Source of the DNA: Sedimentisphaerales bacterium
Lineage (GTDB): Bacteria; Planctomycetota; Phycisphaerae; Sedimentisphaerales; UBA12454
Length of the DNA stretch: 64,000 nt
NCBI GenBank assembly: GCA_050014075.1
Contig: JBEKEA010000002.1
Coordinates: forward strand, 26,860-90,859
Reading direction: 5' to 3'
A program made the translations under genes and the position numbers. Numbering within the stretch: position 1 is the first letter of the stretch; each line of letters begins with the position of its first letter. The notes under the pieces are model-generated. The model was not told the origin of the DNA. It made no database searches and saw only the letters and a list, made by a program, of their open reading frames with translations. Positions 54,027-60,000 of this stretch are shown here, in pieces.

Positions 54027-55073
54027 TCGTTTGTTTACGTTGAAAAAACGTAAAAAGGTGCATTTCATAAGTCCTTTATTTGCGTACTGTTTTTTTGAAA
54101 AATGGTTTGTAAGTTTTTAGCGGGACAAGTTTTAGTAAAGATTTTGAAAAATTTTGAAAATTTTGGATTATTTTGAACGAATTTTGATTTTTTTGCCATG
54201 TTTTTATACGATTTTTCACTTTTTTTAATCACTGATTACGCAGATATAAAAGATATGTTTTCACCACAGAGAGCACCGAGGCCACAGAGATTTTTAGACG
54301 CTGATCCGCCTCCGTCAAGGACTATGGTGGACAAGTTTCGCAGATTACGTTCACCACGAAGGGCGGAAGAAACACGAAGACAATATTAATTTCACCACCG
54401 AGCCACAGAGCTCATCTGCCGTCGCTACGAGCTATGGCGGACAGGCAGAACGCACAGAGGCGATATTGCTTTAAGACATCCCTACGGGATTTAATAATTC
54501 TAAAATCAAACCCTCCCTGAAGCCGACCCATTCGACTACGCTCAGGGTAGGGCTTCGTCCGGGTTTATATTTTGTAATTATTGCCCCTAAGGGGCTTTTG
54601 TCTTAAAGCAATAGAACATTTTCACTATGCTGTATTGCAGTATACTGTAATACAGTATACTGCATACGAGTATAGAGATTTAAGATTTTTGATACTGGGA
54701 GTTTTTGATACTAAAGATTTTTTGAAGAAAGGGGAATTAGTGCAGGCGTCCGCCGTCGTCCCTAAGGGCTTCCGTCTTCGCCAAAAGGCTACGAACGGAC
54801 AGGATGACGAGATCTTCGCTTCGCTCCGAGGCGGATAAAAGTCGGTGGTGGTGGTTTTTGGTGTTGTAGGGGGCCCCCTTGCGGGGGTTTCCGCTGCGCT
54901 CCAACGCTGTGGCTCCGACGAAAAATTCTTTTTATAAAAGTGTTTTACGTAGCCACTAAGTCACCAAGACACGAAGATAATTTTAAATTCTAAATTTTTA
55001 ATGTTGAATTGCGGAGCCACCGAAAGCGGGGGAATTTTTTATGCGGCAAAAAGGAAATTTAAAATAGGTGACT
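54027..55073. repeat. gene-free mosaic repeat block C (about 1 kb)
   Basis: Region 54066-54154 matches block A (reverse complement) and partly block B. It has multiple CACCACAGAG/CACCGAGCCACAGAG units, four CCG(Y)C..TCGC...CTA(T/C)GG(Y)GGACAGG-type hairpin modules, GACTACGCTCAGGGTAGG, GAGGCGGATAAAAG and GAAAGCGGGGGAATTTTTTATG, plus a perfect palindrome at 54636-54664. Confidence 0.8.
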
Positions 55074-55099
55074 GTCCCTAGTTTTTCCTATTTTTCCAA

Positions 55100-55318
55100 T
55101 TAAGCCAATCCGTCTTTGAACTTTGGTGCAAGTACGTTCCCTCCTGGGAGGATAGTTTTATCCTCTCTTTGGATGGATCCTGGTTTGATAGCATCTCTCG
55201 GAATTTTCTTAACCTCGTGAGAGTATGGCTCGATGATCTCATAGTTCCCGTTTTTGTCAACGCGAATGTCATCTGCGCGACGGGTTTGACCGGCAATATT
55301 TAAACGAAACCTTGACAT
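55100..55318 (-). CDS. 72-aa orphan protein with strong expression signals
   Basis: MSRFRLNIAGQTRRADDIRVDKNGNYEIIEPYSHEVKKIPRD... with SD AAGAGGTG 5 nt upstream and a consensus promoter at 55363-55391. I recognise no family. Confidence 0.6.
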   Translation of the reverse strand: MSRFRLNIAGQTRRADDIRVDKNGNYEIIEPYSHEVKKIPRDAIKPGSIQREDKTILPGGNVLAPKFKDGLA

Positions 55319-55362
55319 AATTACACCTCTTTTCGAATAAAAATCTGTTTATTCTGGTGTAA

Positions 55363-55391
55363 ATTATAGGTAACTGTCATATAGTAGTCAA
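55363..55391 (-). promoter_or_regulatory. near-consensus sigma70 promoter for the 72-aa gene
   Basis: The minus strand reads TTGACT (55386-55391), 17 nt, TATAAT (55363-55368), about 45 nt upstream of the ATG at 55318. Confidence 0.6.
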
Positions 55392-55433
55392 GTCAAAAAA
55401 CATACAAAATAAATAAACGGCCACTATTTATTC

Positions 55434-55457
55434 GTCCCCTATTTATTCCTATTTTTT
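55434..55457. repeat. GTCCC-CTATTTATT-CCTATTTT boundary element (left of R-M pair)
   Basis: GTCCCCTATTTATTCCTATTTTTT. There is a direct copy at 55074-55095, an inverted copy at 57793-57822, and a related copy at 63961-63994. Confidence 0.65.
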
Positions 55458-55503
55458 CTTGAGATTTTAAAACAAAGATGCTGGATGACTTTCCCCAAAA
55501 ATA

Positions 55504-57009
55504 TCAAAACATTACCAATTGATGCGTCTCATTATTTTCAATCATATCGTTTTTCCCGCAAAAACCAGCAAGCTTTACAAGGCTAAGTAGATTCAATATT
55601 TCCAGAGTGATTGGTCTTTTGGAATCCCACCAGACATAGGCAGATAAAAATTCTTTTGCCGCCTGCGAAGATAACAATTCATAAAAAATTTCAGCCTGTT
55701 CTTTCGACCTGCAACTCAGAAAATAACAGGTATCATCAAAAACAACAGGCTTGTCATTATAAGGACCTATAAGACGAAATCGTATATTTTTATAGAAACC
55801 TGAGATGGCAATTTTCCAATCAGTAAAGGTATAATCTCCAATACCGAAAATTGAAAACTGCGGATTGTTTTTATATATAACACTTGTTCTTTGTTCAAAT
55901 AGGTCCGCATATTTCTTCAAATAATTCCAAGTTTTAGGCGAATGCTGTTTAATAACACTTGTTTGCTCGCCAACAAAATGCTGCGGCACAAGCATATAAC
56001 GATTTATAATTTTGATTTCACCATTAGCCAAATCGGAACTTTTAAGCATTGGGAAAAGACAATCATCTTCCAACTCAACCATTTCTCCAAAACCATTTAT
56101 ATAATGGTTACTTTCTTTTTTAAGCTCCATAACTTTAACACAGTCATGTTTTATGCCGGAACGCCATTTAAAAGGTTCACTTTTATCTGCCGATAGATGT
56201 TTCCACTTTTCAAATAACACAATATCAGGAATAAGACGATTTACTTTAAAAGCAGCGGTATGTTCAAGTGAGTTGCGATCAAAATTTTTATAAATTTTGC
56301 ACTGAAGAGTAGGATTTCTCTGTCCAATTTTGATCACGAAGAAGCAAGCATCCACTGCAACTTCAAAATGCTGCTGTGAGTTGATTTTGTATATATTGCT
56401 CCATTCGAGAGGCAACTGATTTTTCCACTGATAAAGCAATACTTTTCGAGCAACGGCAGTTTTACAGAGCATTGCCAAGCAGGCATCTCGACCTTTGAGC
56501 CGGTCTAACATACTGATTATCATCCATTCAGAAATATCAAAATTGCTCTTTCCTGTGACGGCATCCAGACCTTTCATATTCTGGAAGTTCGATTTTCCTG
56601 GCAGGTTTTTACCGCCAAAACTCCCCATCCCTGAATTAGTAACCCAAGGAGGATTGCCGATGACAAGAATCGGATCCGGCATTGATTCTATCTGTTTTTG
56701 CCAGTCGAAAGAAAAGAAATCACCTTGTTTTATCGCGGGTGTGACATTATTTATAAACGGCGTGATTTTCTCGCGAGCTTCGCTCAAATATTCTTCTGAT
56801 ATATCAAGACCGAAACATTGTTTTGCCGAGGTGAATACTTCCAATGCGGCAAATAAAAAATTACCTCTACCACACGTAGGTTCGATTATCGAAGCAGGAG
56901 AAAGTTCAGCTTTCAGTAGCAAACAAGCTTCTTTAGCCAAATCTCGTGGAGTCTGCCAATCGCCTAATTCTATTTTCTTTTTGTTTTTTGAAATATTCAT
57001 TATTAACAA
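55504..57009 (-). CDS. N6-adenine DNA methyltransferase (gamma-class, Eco57I/TaqI-like) with C-terminal target-recognition region
   Basis: Motif I IIEPTCGRGNFLFAALE and motif IV VIGNPPWV, in the gamma order. 501 aa. The region is visibly AT-rich relative to its neighbours. Confidence 0.8.
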   Translation of the reverse strand: MLIMNISKNKKKIELGDWQTPRDLAKEACLLLKAELSPASIIEPTCGRGNFLFAALEVFTSAKQCFGLDISEEYLSEAREKITPFINNVTPAIKQGDFFSFDWQKQIESMPDPILVIGNPPWVTNSGMGSFGGKNLPGKSNFQNMKGLDAVTGKSNFDISEWMIISMLDRLKGRDACLAMLCKTAVARKVLLYQWKNQLPLEWSNIYKINSQQHFEVAVDACFFVIKIGQRNPTLQCKIYKNFDRNSLEHTAAFKVNRLIPDIVLFEKWKHLSADKSEPFKWRSGIKHDCVKVMELKKESNHYINGFGEMVELEDDCLFPMLKSSDLANGEIKIINRYMLVPQHFVGEQTSVIKQHSPKTWNYLKKYADLFEQRTSVIYKNNPQFSIFGIGDYTFTDWKIAISGFYKNIRFRLIGPYNDKPVVFDDTCYFLSCRSKEQAEIFYELLSSQAAKEFLSAYVWWDSKRPITLEILNLLSLVKLAGFCGKNDMIENNETHQLVMF

Positions 57010-57671
57010 ATCTTTTGAATACCTTTAACTTTTCCCGCCTCATTAATTATACGTTGGTACTGAAGCCGCCATTGAAGTGCATTTGAAATAGTGAGATAAC
57101 CCATTTGAGGTGGATTCTTGAGGAGTTCTTGTGCTATTTTCTCAGCTTCAATGTCATCCACCGGCAACATTCTTTCATGTAAAAAGGCAACGATATCGTC
57201 GACATTTCCTTTATTTTCAATTATCTTACGAAGTCCTGTAGTCGTCTGGAAATCACCTGTGTTGTCTTTTTCGACAAATATAGTATGTAAAATCTTCAGT
57301 CTACCTGTTTTAAACTTTCCATCGTCAGTTTTGTCATAGACAAAAACGAGAAGAGAATAACCTAATCCATAAATTTTTTGCCGCGCTGACCTGTAAGGAC
57401 AGGAAGACTGAGGCTGCTTGATACTTGTAACTTTTATATCCACATTTAACTGCGGAAAATCTATTCCTGAAGCGGAATTACCTTCTGAAAAATCATACTT
57501 TCCAGACAAATACATTCGGAATTTCTGTTCAAAATAAGTACCTATGGCCTTCCCATCGGTTACTCCGAAAATAGCGGGTTCATCGTGTTTTGATTCGCGA
57601 ACAGCAAAATAATGAGCTTCTTCACAGAGTTTAGCCTCGCTTAATTTTAGTTTTGCCTTCATCCGTGCCAC
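57003..57671 (-). CDS. putative type II restriction endonuclease (PD-(D/E)XK-like)
   Basis: Overlaps the methyltransferase start by 7 nt. Candidate catalytic segment GIDFPQLNVDIKVT (D...D-x-K). No named family recognised. The start may be the ATG at 57662. Confidence 0.5.
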   Translation of the reverse strand: MARMKAKLKLSEAKLCEEAHYFAVRESKHDEPAIFGVTDGKAIGTYFEQKFRMYLSGKYDFSEGNSASGIDFPQLNVDIKVTSIKQPQSSCPYRSARQKIYGLGYSLLVFVYDKTDDGKFKTGRLKILHTIFVEKDNTGDFQTTTGLRKIIENKGNVDDIVAFLHERMLPVDDIEAEKIAQELLKNPPQMGYLTISNALQWRLQYQRIINEAGKVKGIQKIC

Positions 57672-57792
57672 AGGCCTACTTTAAGATAAATTGAAATTTA
57701 AAACCGCCAAAAATAGCAAACTAATCTTATCAGAATAATGACAGACAGGCAATAAAAAAGAACAGCACTAATTCAATTTATTTTACCGTAGT

Positions 57793-57870
57793 AAAATAGG
57801 AGTAAATAAATAGGTGCGGGACAGGCAAACCCTGCCAAGGTCCGCCTGAGGCGGATAAATGTTGGCAGGG
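57793..57870. repeat. inverted boundary element plus nested hairpin module ending GGGCTAACC
   Basis: AAAATAGG (57793-57800), AATAAATAG (57805-57813) and GGGAC (57818-57822) mirror the left element. Stem CCCTGCCAA (57830-38) pairs with TTGGCAGGG (57862-70) and encloses TCCGCCTGAGGCGGATAAA. Confidence 0.65.
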
Positions 57871-57879
57871 CTAACCGAT

Positions 57880-58650
57880 TTATATCGGAAGTGTAATTAT
57901 AAACTTTGTCCCTTGATTAATCTTTGAATCTACTTCGATAGTGCCGTTGTGGGAATTAATTATTTCCTTGCAGAAAACAAGGCCCAATCCAGAACCAACT
58001 CTTGCAGCGGGCCCCTCAGGGGTTTTTGTTGTAAAGAACGGCTCAAATAACTTGTCCATATTCTCCTGCTCAATTCCGCAGCCTGTATCGCCGACCTCTA
58101 TGATAACTGTATCCTGCTGCCTGCGAGCGGTTATCTGGAGCGTTCCGCCTAATGGCATCATCGCTTCACGAGCGTTTAAAATCAGGTTCATTAAGACCTG
58201 CTGCATCTGAACCGGCACAGCAAGAATATCAAGCTCTTCCGGTATTTCCATTTTGACTTTAAGACTGTCTTTTTCGAATTCCCTGCCGATACAGGAAAAG
58301 ACCTCTTCGATGAGCTGTTTCAATCTGCATTGGCGTTTTTCGAGGGCTTCGCCGTTGACGACGGCAAGCATACTTTCGAGAATTTCAGATGCCCTTGCGC
58401 TGTTGTGCACGGTCTTTTGCAGGGCTTTTTGAGTTAGCGGGAGGTCGGTTGGATTATTTAACGCAACCTGAGCGTAATTGCCCAGCGGCATAAGAATATT
58501 ATTAATTTCGTGAGCTACAATCGCACTGATAGTGCCCAGATTTGCCAGGGCCTGGAGCTTTGCCAGGCGTGCTTCAAGCTCTTTGTTCTGCTGTAGTTGC
58601 AGGTTAATCTCTTTGTTGAGAGAACGGCGCTTTTCAATCAATTGAGTCAT
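57880..58650 (-). CDS. cytoplasmic sensor histidine kinase (HisKA + HATPase_c, no TM or sensor domain)
   Basis: N-terminal coiled coil, H-box SAIVAHEINNIL, N-box LNLILNAREAM, G1 DTGCGI and G2 GSGLGL. Confidence 0.85.
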   Translation of the reverse strand: MTQLIEKRRSLNKEINLQLQQNKELEARLAKLQALANLGTISAIVAHEINNILMPLGNYAQVALNNPTDLPLTQKALQKTVHNSARASEILESMLAVVNGEALEKRQCRLKQLIEEVFSCIGREFEKDSLKVKMEIPEELDILAVPVQMQQVLMNLILNAREAMMPLGGTLQITARRQQDTVIIEVGDTGCGIEQENMDKLFEPFFTTKTPEGPAARVGSGLGLVFCKEIINSHNGTIEVDSKINQGTKFIITLPI

Positions 58651-58705
58651 TTACATGCTCCGAAGCAGCAAAGAAATAAGGGAAGTAAGGAATTAATGAT
58701 TAAAA

Positions 58706-58743
58706 TTGAACGTCCAACATTGAACATCGAACATCCAACTTTG
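58706..58743. repeat. heptad element, TGAACAY family
   Basis: TTGAACGTCCAACATTGAACATCGAACATCCAACTTTG is a copy of 37187-37225. The palindrome GCCTTTGGCAAAGGC follows at 58760-58774. Confidence 0.85.
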
Positions 58744-58902
58744 TTTGAATGAGGAATTTGCCTTTGGCAAAGGCTTCAAATGAGTATATTCCCTACATTC
58801 ACAATTCATTACTGCCGGCATTTTTTGCTATGAAAAAAACAATATTAGGATAAAATTACAATATTATATTTATCGACATTTAGGGCGTTTTTCCTTAAAG
58901 AT

Positions 58903-59157
58903 ATGGATAATAAAGCCGTTTTAGACGAGTTGCTTGAGTTACTTGAGAAAAATAATGTTAAAATACGTAAAGATTCGCTGGGCGGGGGAGGGTCGGGATT
59001 GTGCAAAATAAAAGGCGAATACCTGTTCTTTCTGGATATGGATTCGAGCTCTTATGAAGTTGCGATAAGCTGCGCAAAAGCTGTGAATGAAATTATAGAT
59101 ATTGAAACGATTTATTTAAAGCCGGAAGTAAGGGAGTTCCTTGAGGGAAATAAGTAA
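58903..59157 (+). CDS. hypothetical 84-aa protein
   Basis: MDNKAVLDELLELLEKNNVKIRKDSLGGGGSGLCKIKGEYLFFLD.... Lies divergent from the histidine kinase and upstream of the response regulator. No recognised family. Confidence 0.45.
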   Translation: MDNKAVLDELLELLEKNNVKIRKDSLGGGGSGLCKIKGEYLFFLDMDSSSYEVAISCAKAVNEIIDIETIYLKPEVREFLEGNK

Positions 59158-59183
59158 CTCAGTTATCAGTTATCGGTTATCAG
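59158..59183. repeat. heptad tandem element, GTTATCN family
   Basis: Reads ctcagttatc agttatc ggttatc ag, starting right after the stop codon at 59155-59157. Confidence 0.8.
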
Positions 59184-59225
59184 AAAATCAGGTTTGAAAT
59201 TGAAGATTAACGGAGTGAACAAACG

Positions 59226-59708
59226 ATGGCGAAGAATACGGCAAAAAAAACGAATAGCGAAGAAGAAAACGTCAAGACTGCAATAATACTCGTCGTTGAC
59301 GACAATGAGCAGAATCTTGAACTGCTGCAGGCATATCTCGAAGACCTTCAGTGCCGAACAATTCCCGCAAAGGACGGCGTAGAGGCGCTTGAGATAATCA
59401 AGAAATCAAAACCTGATTTGGTGCTGCTGGATGTTATGATGCCGAAGATGAGCGGGTTCGAGGTTTGCAGGAGAATTAAAAACAATCCGCAGACGACGGA
59501 TTTGCCGGTGATTATGGTTACAGCCCTTAATGAGCTTGGCGATATCGAAAGGGCGATTGAGTCGGGAACAGACGATTTTTTAAGCAAGCCCGTAAATAAA
59601 TTGGAGCTTATTACCCGCGTAAAAACAATGCTCAAACTCAAGCATCTTTCCGACCGACTCGAAAGAACCCTTGCATATCTGAGCGAAATAGAAAAACAAG
59701 CGAAATAA
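59226..59708 (+). CDS. single-domain response regulator (receiver plus short C-terminal coiled coil)
   Basis: Contains ILVVDDNEQNLELL, DLVLLDVMMPKMSGFEV and VIMVTA...KP. There is no output domain. Confidence 0.88.
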   Translation: MAKNTAKKTNSEEENVKTAIILVVDDNEQNLELLQAYLEDLQCRTIPAKDGVEALEIIKKSKPDLVLLDVMMPKMSGFEVCRRIKNNPQTTDLPVIMVTALNELGDIERAIESGTDDFLSKPVNKLELITRVKTMLKLKHLSDRLERTLAYLSEIEKQAK

Positions 59709-59720
59709 ACTAAATTCGAA

Positions 59721-59791
59721 GGGCAGACACACAGGTCTGCCCCTACATATCCCGGCAAACACATAGGACATAGGTTTGCCCCTACGTATCC
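59721..59791. repeat. two tandem variable-stem hairpins each followed by CCCTACRTATCC
   Basis: GGGCAGAC (59721-28) pairs with GTCTGCCC (59735-42), then CTACATATCC. GGCAAAC (59754-60) pairs with GTTTGCC (59774-80), then CCTACGTATCC. Confidence 0.8.
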
Positions 59792-60000
59792 TCACAATGA
59801 CATAACAGGGGGCCGATAATATTTGCGGCATAAAAGTCGCTAAACACGTCATAGGACTGCCTAAAAAACGGCGATTTTGAGCCAAAAAGCGGAATTTTGG
59901 GGGTAAATCGATTAAGACAGGCCATAGGGGGGTCGATACAGCAATAGCTTAAAAGTTAAAGTTAAAAACTCTAAACTTTGGAATTAAACAAGCTAATTGT

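Noticed and set aside
54198-54838. ORFs of 63 aa and 85 aa inside mosaic block C
   Set aside because: Their sequences (for example FSPQRAPRPQRFLDADPPPSRTMVDKFRRLRSPRRAEETRRQY) are read-throughs of the nucleotide repeat modules. They have no SD and the repeats occur in both orientations elsewhere, so the conservation is at the DNA level.
59348-59885. 138-aa and 101-aa minus-strand ORFs starting in the hairpin repeats (MCLPGYVGADLCVCP...)
   Set aside because: They are antisense to the response-regulator gene, and their N-termini are simply translations of the GGGCAGAC...GTCTGCCC hairpin repeat.
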